From Guillardia theta CCMP2712 (taxonomy: Eukaryota > Protista > Cryptophyta), in the NCBI RefSeq assembly GCF_000315625.1, contig NW_005434567.1:143515-207514 (forward strand): a DNA stretch of 64,000 bases, in the 5' to 3' direction. Of the stretch, positions 12,827-23,958 are shown one piece after another (positions within the stretch are counted from its first letter, which is position 1; every line of letters begins with the position of its first letter). The translations under genes and the position numbers were made by a program. The notes beneath the pieces are model-generated. The model made no database searches, was not told the origin of the DNA, and saw only the letters and a list, made by a program, of their open reading frames with translations.

Positions 12827-13602
12827 CAGAGGGAGTGCGCGGGTATGCTAGAGCGGGATGTATGAGTAGGAAGCTCTTTGGAGAACGGGGTGTACAGAGA
12901 GGGTAGTGTGTAACATATGAGATGGAACATGAGGTGTTGTTGTAATAAAGATGTTTGCTCTGAGATTATAGACTGAATCTGTGGTTTGTCACGCTGGTTT
13001 GAGGCCTTCATGCCTGCTTTTTGTCAGGTTGGGTCAGGTTGGGTTTTCTGTGTGCCCTCAGCGTGTAATCTGTCTCGTCTTATTTGGTCCATGCAGCGGC
13101 ATGCGCCTGTCGAACGTGCTCTTCAAGAAAAACTGATGTTGGAAGCATACAGATTACTGACGACAGCAATCTGCTTCCTATTCCAAGCTTGGGCGGCGAG
13201 TTGCAAGAATCGAATCTTTCCGGCAAGAGAAAACAGTGCCATCGACTAAGGAGTAGCAAGCTGAGCCGAGTCGCAGTGAGCTCCTTTTCCAAACACGATA
13301 GGTTTGGACATGACAGCGAGGTTTTTCTATGCTTACGACAGACGTCTCAGTCAGATGTGATGCTAGAAATATGTTGATTTTCACAGTAAAGCAAGGATTC
13401 CCTTTAATTGGACCAGACATTCTCCTGCCATATCACTAGCAGGCAACAAACTCAAACGAAACAAATCGAAGCAAATATCTTTATTGCAACAACACCTCAT
13501 GTTCCATCTCATATGTTACACACTACCCTCTCTGTACACCCCGTTCTCCAAAAAGCTTCCTACTCATACATCCCGCTCTAGCATACCCGCGCACTCCCTC
13601 TA

Positions 13603-13875
13603 CTAGTGGATCATCCCCATCGCTACTCCCATGGCTCCCACAAGTATCGTCGACGCCACGTTCATGCACAGCACCCACGCTGCTGCCCTGATCATGTTGC
13701 GGTCGCACGAGGAGAGGCTGCGCTGATCAACACGAGAAGGCCTTGCGAAGCAGGCCTTCTCCTCCTCGGGGGAGTAGGAGACGGGGATGTGGAGGTCGAC
13801 GGGCTGATAGCCGAGGAGAGGGTGGAGGGCGAGGAAGTGAAGGCTCTTGGTCTCGAGGGCTCTGGCGGTGGTCAT
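13603..13875 (-). CDS. Small tail-anchored membrane protein, copy 2
   Basis: Inverted copy with one amino-acid difference (KSLHF vs KSIHF). Confidence 0.7.
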   Translation of the reverse strand: MTTARALETKSLHFLALHPLLGYQPVDLHIPVSYSPEEEKACFARPSRVDQRSLSSCDRNMIRAAAWVLCMNVASTILVGAMGVAMGMIH

Positions 13876-14142
13876 GGTCGCAAGGGAAAGAGGTTGGGAA
13901 GGAGGTCCGGATTTGAAGGGAGGAGGGATGTCAGCATGACGGTCGGAGCAGTTGCAGAAGCTCTGGAACGACCTCTTACAGGGTCTTTACTGTACGAAGG
14001 AAGCTTCTCGAATGCTTTCAAGAAGCTGACGCTGAGATGACATCTCAAGAGATCTAAACTTGTAGTAAACTACCACTGTAAGATCCACAGAAAAACCTCT
14101 ACCTCCCTCCCGACGCCTTCCCAACCTCCTCCCCTTGCCACC

Positions 14143-14415
14143 ATGACCACCGCCAGAGCCCTCGAGACCAAGAGCATTCACTTCCTCGCCCTCCACCCTC
14201 TCCTCGGCTATCAGCCCGTCGACCTCCACATCCCCGTCTCCTACTCCCCCGAGGAGGAGAAGGCCTGCTTCGCAAGGCCGTCTCGTGTTGATCAGCGCAG
14301 CCTCTCCTCGTGCGACCGCAACATGATCAGGGCAGCGGCGTGGGTGCTGTGCATGAACGTGGCGTCGACGATACTTGTGGGAGCCATGGGAGTAGCGATG
14401 GGGATGATCCACTAG
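14143..14415 (+). CDS. Small tail-anchored membrane protein, copy 3
   Basis: Protein identical to copy 1. Confidence 0.7.
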   Translation: MTTARALETKSIHFLALHPLLGYQPVDLHIPVSYSPEEEKACFARPSRVDQRSLSSCDRNMIRAAAWVLCMNVASTILVGAMGVAMGMIH

Positions 14416-15599
14416 CAGAGGGAGTGCGCGGGTATGCTAGAGCGGGATGTATAAGTAGAATGCTGTTTTTGAGAAGACAGCGGTGTACAGAGAGGGTAGT
14501 GATCAGGTAGGATGTACCATACAGGCTATTAACGTGATGTTTTTATACAATAAAGAATGCTACTGTAATTGTTTGTTTTTGCGATCAATGGAAAGTGCGT
14601 TCTAGTGGAATTCCCACAAACATTTCAAAGTCGACTATCTACATGACACTTACTGGGTGTGCTCCTCGAAGCGGCGAGAAACAGCAATGGATAAGGGCAT
14701 TGAAAAGCCGTGCAAGAGAAAAGAGACCAAAGAAGTGGGGGCGAGTTATTCGAGGCCAAAAGGCATTTGTTTGCAACTTCGTTACTACCATGATGGTCGT
14801 AGACAGAAGCCCCCCGCTTCTAGTCATCAATGGAGAAGAACAGATAACATTCCAACAGTTGTTGTTCAGAGACAGCATGATACTTGACAGCTTGTTTGGA
14901 ATAGCATCATTTCTCTTGTTTTGTCCTGCAATAGAATCACATTTCTCTTATTTGTCCTGCAATATAAGCATTATACTGGCACGCATGACGCCAAATAGCA
15001 TATCAATGAATTTGCTGAAAGGCTAAAAAACAAGAAATGCACGAAAGACAACGGCTACAATAGAAAGTTGGGCACTGTTAATAGTTGGAACAGGTTAAAA
15101 CAAGAAAGAATCTCCAACACAATTTGTCAGTGTCAGACAAGGCAACAATTTCACGAAGTCTCTGGAACAACTATCTTCGATCCGATCATCTGACAGTGCG
15201 CTGATCTCAAACTCGACTAGCAATGGCTCCAAGACATGTCCGATCACAAACACGTACAAAAGCTCTGGAATCTCGAGCGCTCTTCAAAAAAGCTTGTTGA
15301 TACGAAATCTGTTCGCCAAAGGCTGTCAACCGCGAAATCTGTTGCTGACCAGCAATAAAACCTCCATCGATGTTAAAGAAACACCATAGAGTCGGTTGAG
15401 GTGCAAGAAACGTTTCTTCGTTCAAGACAGGGCGCAAGCAGGGGTAAATAACATGTTGCATGGGCAAGAACAAAGAGCAAGCAGCAGAAAGTAGTTTTGC
15501 AAGATTTCATTAAATTACTAGTCTACAAACGAGTAAAGAAAGGTAGAAAGATCAGGCGGGATCAGAGAGTTGGTCATTCGCATGATTGCAGGTCTAGAA

Positions 15600-16025
15600 T
15601 TACACGCTGTGCTGGCGGGGCAAAAGGGCCATCAAAAGCATCACTGAGAACATTAAGATGTTGACAAAAAGCAGCATAAGCAGGACAGGATTGACCGTAT
15701 CCTCCCATTTCGGCTTCGGCTTCATAGAGCAGATGCTGTCCTCTGACTTGCACTTCCTGAGAGTCTCGTGGAGCCCTCTGAGATTCTCAGTCTCTTCTTC
15801 AGTGTAAAGCAAAGGGATCTGAAGGTCGATCTTTTGAACCCCCATGAGCGCATGCTCAGCAAGCACGTGGATGTTCTTGTACTCTCTCATTGTCTTCGAC
15901 AAGTACTGATCGTCCGCATTTTTCATGGCGTCGGCATGTCTTGGCGACTGTGTCGCATTGTTCATCGCCTCCGACATCGCGTGCGTGTTGGTCGTCACGC
16001 TGGCCAGTCTCCTTGAACGTCCCAT
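15600..16025 (-). CDS. Diverged paralog of the small tail-anchored family
   Basis: YKNIHVLAEHALMGVQKIDLQIPLLYTEEE aligns with TKSIHFLALHPLLGYQPVDLHIPVSYSPEE. C-terminal TM VLLMLLFVNILMFSVMLLMALL. Confidence 0.7.
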   Translation of the reverse strand: MGRSRRLASVTTNTHAMSEAMNNATQSPRHADAMKNADDQYLSKTMREYKNIHVLAEHALMGVQKIDLQIPLLYTEEETENLRGLHETLRKCKSEDSICSMKPKPKWEDTVNPVLLMLLFVNILMFSVMLLMALLPRQHSV

Positions 16026-17116
16026 CGTGACCAGCGACCCTGTTACTTTACTTCCAGAATATTCTAGATACATGTAATGTTGTTCACGTGACCCACTGAA
16101 AACGCGCAATTTGTCCAAGAGAGTCTTTTTCAGGGTGATGAGGGTATATTGCTTTACTCCACGCTAGGAGTTGTTTTGAAATTAAGCATTGAAAATAAAA
16201 GTCCAGTACTTTTGAAACTTCGCCCGCCGTGACGCCCAGGAAGTTAAGCCCGGCCCTCAGCAAGCTCCGGGCCCAGTGACTCAGTCACATCGGAGGCTTG
16301 GCGGGACTCGCGGCGGCGTACTACCGTACTGCCGTCGACGAACTTCCGAGGACTCCCGGAGACCTTCCTCAGTAGCCGTCTTGCTGAGGTCTTCTCAATC
16401 GCCCGGATGTCTGGATCGGATGCTGGGGTTTCACATACTAGCATGCAGTCTATCTCTCATGTGCTCCTCAATTCTGGTTTTGTCACAAAACCAGACTCAG
16501 AATTGCACGGTGCATTAAACTCGAGTCGGTCTTGAGCAAAAACTGTCTTGTTGCAACTAAGGTCGATGTGATATCTGCGTGACTAAGTTGAAGGCTAGTA
16601 CAAGTCTAACAAACTTGTATTCCGTCACCTTCAACGGTTGAACGGAGTTCCGGCGAACTTACTAACACCGCCCGGCCCCGGGCCCGGCCCGGCCGCCGGA
16701 CAGCTCAGCTGGCAGCTTGGACTCCTGAGTCCCGGAGTCCGGCCGGGCGATCGAGTGCTGAGCGGAGCTTATTACGTTGCAAGGCCGTTACAATATCGTT
16801 GGAACTATTTGATGGGTGGATGGGTGGGTGGGTGGTTGGCTCTTCACTGTAGAATTTGTTTTTGCCTCAGAATTGAAATGTTCTCTACATCCTGTATACC
16901 AATTCCAGATCCCCAAACTTTCTTCTATAGGGTAGGGTGATGCAGAGTTGAGAGAGGCAGCCGAGATGGCTTGCCATGTGCGGAGGAAGAGGGGGGTTGA
17001 GGGGGGGGGAGGGAGGTGGAAGGGAGGATGAGCAAGAAAGGTCCGAAATGCGAAGATAAAACAATAACATCCCAACAAGAACAGCGCGAGAGAAACTGGA
17101 TGGTGTAGAAAGTGTT

Positions 17117-18250
17117 ATGATGTGTTTGAGCCTTTGTGAGATGGAGGGTCGCTATGGGCTCGCAACAACACCGAAGGAACGAGTGGGCGATACGTGTAAC
17201 GATGGTACAAATTATTTTCTAGATGAGGGTGCGGACGACAACATGCTTGTTTGGAAGAGCTATCTTTGCTCTTCCTCTTGCATTTTGTGTCCCATGGAAA
17301 ATATCACGTTGGTAATTCTTGACGAGCAGAATGCCTGTCGTCCATGTAGTGTTCTGACAAACCTGTTACTATGCTCGATTGCTTCATCAAATTCGTTTAT
17401 CTTTTGTGTATATCGTTATGATATCTGAATCCTTGGCATAATTGTACCATGTCCATGCAGTGTTCAGCATGGCGCATTTCATTTTGTGGACTACAAAAAG
17501 CCGATCAGTTCGTGCCTTGGAGAGATATTGACAACACAGGGTGTATATCAATTTTCAAAATTGACCGAGAACAAACCCATAGATTTTGATTCTCAAACTC
17601 ACAACGCTATTTGCCTCTGAAAACCTGATGCCGTTTTTCATCTTGTGATTTTTTTTTTTGGCAAACACCCTCTTTAGCATGTTTTTTTTCTTTCAAGTAT
17701 GATATGATGGAATCGACGCACGGTTATGTATTGTCTCTGAAGCGTTCGTGTCAGGGATGTCCTACACGGTTGCTCACAAAGCAAGAGTTTGTAGGCTTTA
17801 TCGCCGAGCAATCAAAACTCTTATGGACTGGGTTGTCGACAGGTGAAAGATGATCTTTTACCGGATGAAAGACCTGATTTGACTATCTTGTGCAGAGAAG
17901 TTCTGTCTGAGCAAGCCATTCAGGTGAGAAACCAGATTGAGAGGCACAGGCACGAACCCAACATTGCGTATGCGGAGGACCTTTTGAAGGTCACTCTCTC
18001 AGCTATCGCAGATCTCACCCCTAACTATGCAAACAGGCTGGTGAGGCTCGGCTTAAGAAGTACGCCCATCCAGATCCTTATATTGTAAGGCTTCGATCGC
18101 CTTGTCAGGAACGGTCACAAGAAAGTTGTCCTGATTTTTAATGTTCAGCTCCCCGAGATGCCAGGAGGAACCAAGTGGCAGAGAAACCTTCCTGTACCAC
18201 ATGAGGTAGCAGATGGGCTGTTGGCCCAGATATCAACATGACACCGTTTC
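17117..18250 (+). CDS. Possible multi-exon hypothetical gene (structure unresolved)
   Basis: Short coding-like blocks bounded by AG/GT (EVLSEQAIQ, RHEPNIAYAEDLLK, LPEMPGGTKWQRNLPVPHE). No family recognised. Confidence 0.3.
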
Positions 18251-18480
18251 ACAGATTTGGGATCAACCCTATGTCAAGCATTAGATTTGAATCACACATG
18301 AGCTTGCGTGCTAGAAGGACTCGGCGAAACGAATTAGAAGCGAACGCTACAGGCTCACTTTGCCGTGCAATCTCAAACATCATATCTCTCATGCATTTTG
18401 GGCATGTGAAATAAAAAGCTGAACCTACATGCCATGGTATCAGGAGTCTGGCTCGCTTGCAAGGCGCTGAGGGAGCTTTA

Positions 18481-18945
18481 TTAGAGAGATATAGGGGGGA
18501 GTTCTGTCGATATGTCGCCTTCCACACACATGTAACTGATGCCATTCTTGTTGTCCGCGTCTTTCGGTTCCACTTCCAACCCTTTCACGCATACAGGGAT
18601 CGGGTGAAGGTTTGGGGTGACTTTGTTGGATCTAGCATTCTGGTCGACCGTTTCTGTTTCTGGTGAGTGGGGATTTGAGTCAGTATCACTAGCTTCACTC
18701 TTTTGCGTCAATGGATTCCTCTCCGCGATTTGTTTGGAAATAGCCCGTTCAGTTTCAAACCTGTTGTGACGTCTTCTCAGTACATTGTAAACCTCGCTGC
18801 GGAGTTCGTTGAAGAGTAACGAGGTTTTTCTGAGCGCAGCTACATTTGGAAGCTGCAGATCGTCTTCCTGTCTGAGAGCAATGCCCGGTTTCCATTCTGA
18901 TAAATGATTCCCTGTTCTCCGTTTCTTGAAATTCGGCTGAGTCAT
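18481..18945 (-). CDS. Hypothetical protein with basic N-terminus
   Basis: 154-aa ATG ORF of ordinary composition (KKRR; LRSEVYNVLRRRHNRFETERAISKQIAE), with TATA-like elements upstream. May be spliced. Confidence 0.4.
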   Translation of the reverse strand: MTQPNFKKRRTGNHLSEWKPGIALRQEDDLQLPNVAALRKTSLLFNELRSEVYNVLRRRHNRFETERAISKQIAERNPLTQKSEASDTDSNPHSPETETVDQNARSNKVTPNLHPIPVCVKGLEVEPKDADNKNGISYMCVEGDISTELPPISL

Positions 18946-19319
18946 GTCGTCTCAAAATAGGAAATCCTATCCAAGAAACAGCGAGACTGGTTGACGTGGA
19001 TATAAGTAGGCGAGTTGTTTGCAGACGGCAGATATAAGCTTATTATGCTTCAGCTTTGAGAGTGCACAGGCAGCGAAATTCCAAAATAAGGTTGATAAAT
19101 GCAAACTATGAACCGCAACAACAGATTACAATTATTTGGAGGCAGAAAAGTGAAGCGGAACGGGAGTATTCAAGAGGAGGAGTAGGAGGAGGAGAGGGCT
19201 CAGAAGGAAGAGTAAGTGAAGAGGAAGGGAGGAGGAAGGGAGGAGGAGGTGGTGGTTGAGGAACACAGGTGTCTGGGAGTGCTTGCTATTAGCAACTGTG
19301 TGGCGCGCGTGTGGGTTCT

Positions 19320-22140
19320 GTCGGGGGGACTCTTTTACAAGATCAGCATGTGTTCTGTTGACCAGGGGTTAATTTCCAGTAAAGCACTAGGGTAGGGTGG
19401 TCTCTATTGTAAGCCAAAAGGGGTAAGGGGTAGTGCTTGACCACTGGACGGGCACTACTACCCCTACCATAATGAAACAGGTTTCACGTGAAGGTGGGGT
19501 ACTTTCGGACGGGATGTGAGCCTTTTTGAGGGTAGGGGTCCCAGTTGGACGGTTGAGGGGTTGTGGGGGGCATTCATGCTGATTTGGTCAAACATGTTAA
19601 CGGGTCAGGCATACTGTTTGGGACAATGGTGGGTAGGGGTACTTTAAAGTTTATAAAGGGGTGGGGTGGGAGGGAACAGGTAAGCAGATTGTAGCTACGA
19701 GCGGGTGGTCTTCAAGGTACATAAAGGGGTAAGGTGTTTCTAGAAGGAAATTAGGGGTGGTACCAAATAACGAGTGTGGGTACGGTGGGGTGGTAGACCT
19801 CCTTTGGGTATCCCGCCGCTCGCTAAATGGTTTTTAAAACAAGTTTTAGGCCATTCATAAAGGAAAGAGTTCCTGGGGGTGGGGTGGTATTTCAGATATG
19901 TCACGGGGGTACTTGCCATCGGGCAGGAAGTCTACAATTTGTGGGGTCAAAAAACTGGAAAAGGGGGGTACGTGAGTTGAGTGAGGAATCATTTGTGGGT
20001 ACATGTACTGTATTGTCCTGTTGGGGTGGGTAGTATGGGTAGTGCAGTCCGTATTTGTTAACCCGTAGGATATCAGGATACTCTACCCTACCTCCGCTAT
20101 GCGACTCTTCGTACCCTACCCCTAATTCTACATGTACCCACCTTGAATGAAAAACTATGGGAGCCCCCACCAGGTATAACAATATATCACTACCCTACCT
20201 GTCCAGACTTCATAGAATTGAACAAATGTTTGCACCCTACCATAAAAACAATATACCCCTAACCAATCCTCATTTTCCTCCCACCCACCCCAGCAAATCA
20301 GCCGACCTTATAAAAGCGCATGTCACCTTTATTTTAAAATGTATCCCCACCACCTTAGCTCCATCCCATTGCTCGGAGGTTTCCCACCCGTATCCCACCC
20401 ACCCACCCACCATCACCTACAACCCCCTAGACTGCGACTACCCACCAGGGAGCGATAAGGAACTTGTCGGAGGAGAATACCGTATGCCATCATGACCTAC
20501 CCGGGGCTTCAGTTGCATTTCAAGTAAAGTAGATGTAGAGGGGGGTGGGAGGGGGGGTGGGAGGTACCTTTTGCTTTCAATTGTTTACTACGTAATATCT
20601 TTGAAAAGAAGAATCTATGAAATGGAGTGGTTTCGAGTACAGGGGACAGGTAAAAATGGTTTTTGATAGACACATAAAAGGTTGCTGAGTCCCTTCGGAT
20701 CAAGGAACAGACCCCCCGGCAGGCCCCGGGGGTGGCCCTCCGGACATCGGGAAGGGAACGTCAGCCTTTTCAGAAGATTATCCCAAGCATTCTCGTTTCA
20801 TGGAGGGAGAGAAAACGAAATTGCATGAGTTCGGCACTCCCAAGCCCAGCGGCCCTCGTACAGGTTTTTAGTACCGGTCCGATTACGGCAGTGACAGTGG
20901 GGCGGATGGCACTGTGGCACTGAGTTGGCGTGGTCGGCCGGGCGCCGCCCGCGCGGCCGGCGGTCAACCGCCGGTAGCCTGACACGGGGGGCCGGCCGCC
21001 GGGCTGGGCCGGGGGGGGCCGCCGGGACCGCCCGGCGGCCGGCGGCGGCCACTGGCTCCGGGCCGCGCCGCCGCGAGCGGCCTGGCAGTCACGACGGTGG
21101 GCCAGGCTGCCAGGGCCCGGCCCCCGGGGGCGCGGGCGCCCGGCCGGGCGAGGGCCTCGGACCGGGACTCCACCGCCTTGACTCAGGCGGCGGCCGGCAC
21201 TGGCAGGCTCAGTGCCGGGGGCGGGCCCGGATGGGTCACACCGGCCCGGCCCCGGGCCGGGCCCGCGGCGCCGTGCTTCACTGCGGCCCCCGGGGCCGCT
21301 AAACTTGGAACTAGCCGCGAGGCCAGCACTGAGCGGCCGCAGCCTCACTGAGTCAGGCCGGAGGCCTCCGACCAGCCTCAGCTTGCTGCACTGAGCGGCT
21401 GGCCGCCGGGGCCGGGCCCGGGGCGACCGGCGTACCTGGCACCGGCCGGGCGGCCCGGGCGGACTCGGACCGAGTCGGTAAGCCTTGAAGGCTGAGTGAA
21501 GTTCAGCATTGAAGGGCCTTGTGCCTTTACTCAAAGTTAAGTTAAAGATCAGTACGAGGACAATCAGGAGAGACTAGGAGGCTTGACCCTGACACTGTCG
21601 CACAGGGCCAAACGGCGAGAAGAGAAAAGACAGCGAGAACCAAACCCAATCCTGCCAACTGCTGTGACTCCGCCGGTGACCGGGCCCCCACCGTCACCAC
21701 TGGGCCGCCCGGCCGGCCGCGCCCGCCGGCGGGCCACTGCAGTGCCGTGCTGACGTCTTTTATGGGGGGCGCAAGGTCTATAGTCAAGATAATGTCACTA
21801 ATATTGACTACGAACGTGAAGACCTTCGAGGTATAAAGGCAGTGGCGAGTAGACAGGGGGTTCAAAATAAAATGATTGGGGGTACAGAAAGCTTATGGGT
21901 CCCTATCATAGGGACATGTACTGAAATACTTGAATTGCAATTGAAATTATTTCAGTCTTTATCTTCTCATTTCTTAATGACTCAAATTTCTGGGGTGGGT
22001 ACATTCCCAACCCTCCAAGGGTGGTGATATAGTCAAAGTTAGGATCTTCCATGGGGGTGGGGTGGGATGCAATGGGGTCATCCATATACCGGTGATATCA
22101 ACTCCAAATTGAAGGAAAAGGGTAGGGTAGTATTGCATTG
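19320..22140. other. Intergenic island: GGGT-rich, then ACCC-rich, then GC-rich palindromic core, then GGGT-rich
   Basis: G-skewed about 19320-20040, C-skewed about 20080-20500, GC core about 20710-21750, G-skewed about 21850-22140. Confidence 0.7.
21526..21670. repeat. Dispersed repeat, least altered copy (TTTACTCAAAGTTAAGTTAAAGATCAGTACGAGGACAATCAGGAGAGACTAGGAGGCTTGACCC...)
   Basis: Related sequence at 33636-33730, 34050-34127 (inverted), 58018-58038 and 49814-49832 (inverted, degenerate). Confidence 0.8.
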
Positions 22141-22569
22141 AAAACAGTATCGGAAGGTAGTATCGAAGCCGCCATGGCGTCGGAAAGATGCAGGTAAGGG
22201 AGAGCGAGGAGAGCGATAATTCATGCAAGCAAATGGATGAAGATGAAGTGAGAAAGACAGAAAGGAAAGGTTGTTAGATGATTAGGAAAGAAAACAATGC
22301 CCGATAAGGAGCAAATGGTAGGTTATTGGAAATTGGGCAAAGAAGTGAAACAATTAGAAACGCAAGATTCAGAGGTATGGACCAATGGATCACAAAGGAA
22401 TCCTGCCCGCAAACTCAGTCATCATTTAGTTACGCTGATCTCGAGTAGATATGCATGCTCTGATCAGAGATGTGCATGCTCTGAAAAACATCTCAATCCA
22501 GAGAGTCTCACTCATGTCATAAGACCAAACAAGCAATGTTCCAGTTATGGACGCGCTTGAAAGTAGCAA

Positions 22570-22668
22570 CTGCAAGCGAGTAGCTCCTGCTTGTCTGAGA
22601 TGCTGCAAGCAAGTAGCTCCTGCTTGTCTGAGATGCTGCAAGCAAGTAGCTCCTGCTTGTCTGAGATG
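22570..22668. repeat. 33-bp tandem repeat x3 (CTGCAAGCAAGTAGCTCCTGCTTGTCTGAGATG)
   Basis: Three head-to-tail units with one mismatch, about 250 bp upstream of the starch synthase ATG. Confidence 0.95.
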
Positions 22669-22924
22669 TCTCGATAAACCTCTTTGGCACAACGGTTCTC
22701 AAAGAACGAGAATGCATGCGAAAAGCAAGAATACAATATAGCTGAACGGTGCCTGGTTTGGGATTTGGGGTTTATGGATCATCGTTCTCATGTTCAATCA
22801 CTCGTTTCGTAGCTGCTTAGCAGTGTACCTTAGTGTAGGTAGGATAGTGAACACAGGCTTGTAGCATGCCAAGGATGCATCTTGAACTGTATCTGTTTTG
22901 TTGAAGCTCTTTTCCTGCAGCGCA

Positions 22925-23898
22925 ATGAAGCTGCTGCTTGTGGCGCTGGCAGTCATCGGCAGCTGCAGCGGGTTGCACACTTCGGTACTAGCTTACCGCA
23001 GCTCACTGTTGGCTCACGATCGCATGCAGCAGGGAGGAGGATGGGGGAGGATGAGAAGGTTGAGCCTGCGGGGAGGAAACGACGGCAACACGGGAGTAAA
23101 GAAGAACTTTAGCAACGAGCGGCTCGACGACGCCAAGTCGCGGCTCAAGAAGATTCTGGGAGCGAACTCCCAGCTGGAGAGGCAGGTGGCGGACTTGGCA
23201 GCGAGCTACGACAAGCTCGCCAAGAGCTACGGGCTGGGCAGTTTCAAGCCCACGCGCACGGCGTCCTACTCATGCCTGAACGACGTGACGCTGACGGAGG
23301 CTGCGGACAAGGCTCCCGAGCCGGAAGAATCGAAGACTCCTCCTGTTGAGAGCATCCAGAAGAAGATCGAGGCAGCGCTTGCCAAGGACAGCAAGCCTGT
23401 AGAGCCGACAGAGCAAGTGCTCCCTCCTGAGGAGAGACTCAAGATTGTGATCGTCTCCTCTGAAGTCGCTCCCTTCTCCAAGTCTGGAGGACTTGCTGAC
23501 GTTTGCGATAAGCTTGGAGTGAGTTCCTGTTCCTCCTCCCACATGTCAGCTCTTCCATCAGCACTTTCATCCCTTCGACCGAAACCTATCATCATCATCA
23601 TCATGATCATCATCCTCTTCTTCTTCTTCTTGATCATCATCATCATCATCATCATCTCCATCATCATCATCATCATCATTGTCGTCGTCGTCGTCGTCTC
23701 CCTCTCATCTTCGCCTTACTGCTCCAACGCTCCTGCTGGAAGTGAAGACTCACCCTATATCCATTGACTTGCGGTTACAAGGTTGCGCTGTCTCGCATGG
23801 GTCATCGCGTGATGACCGTCGCTCCTCTTTACTGGCGTTATGAAGGAGCCCAGTACACCGGGTGAGACGAAGCGAGGAGGAGGAGGAGGCGGAACAGG

Positions 23899-23958
<60 letters not shown>

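Noticed and set aside
19380-20040. Interstitial telomere array
   Set aside because: The GGGT words are irregularly spaced with no fixed repeat unit.
20770-21534. Pro/Gly/Arg/Ala-rich ORFs in the GC islands (also 11114-12266, 33060-34199, 50714-51384)
   Set aside because: Stop codons are scarce at this GC content, the ORFs overlap on both strands, and they show no domain signal.
22570-22668. 33-bp repeats as a CRISPR array
   Set aside because: Units are head to tail with no spacers, the context is eukaryotic, and no cas genes are present.
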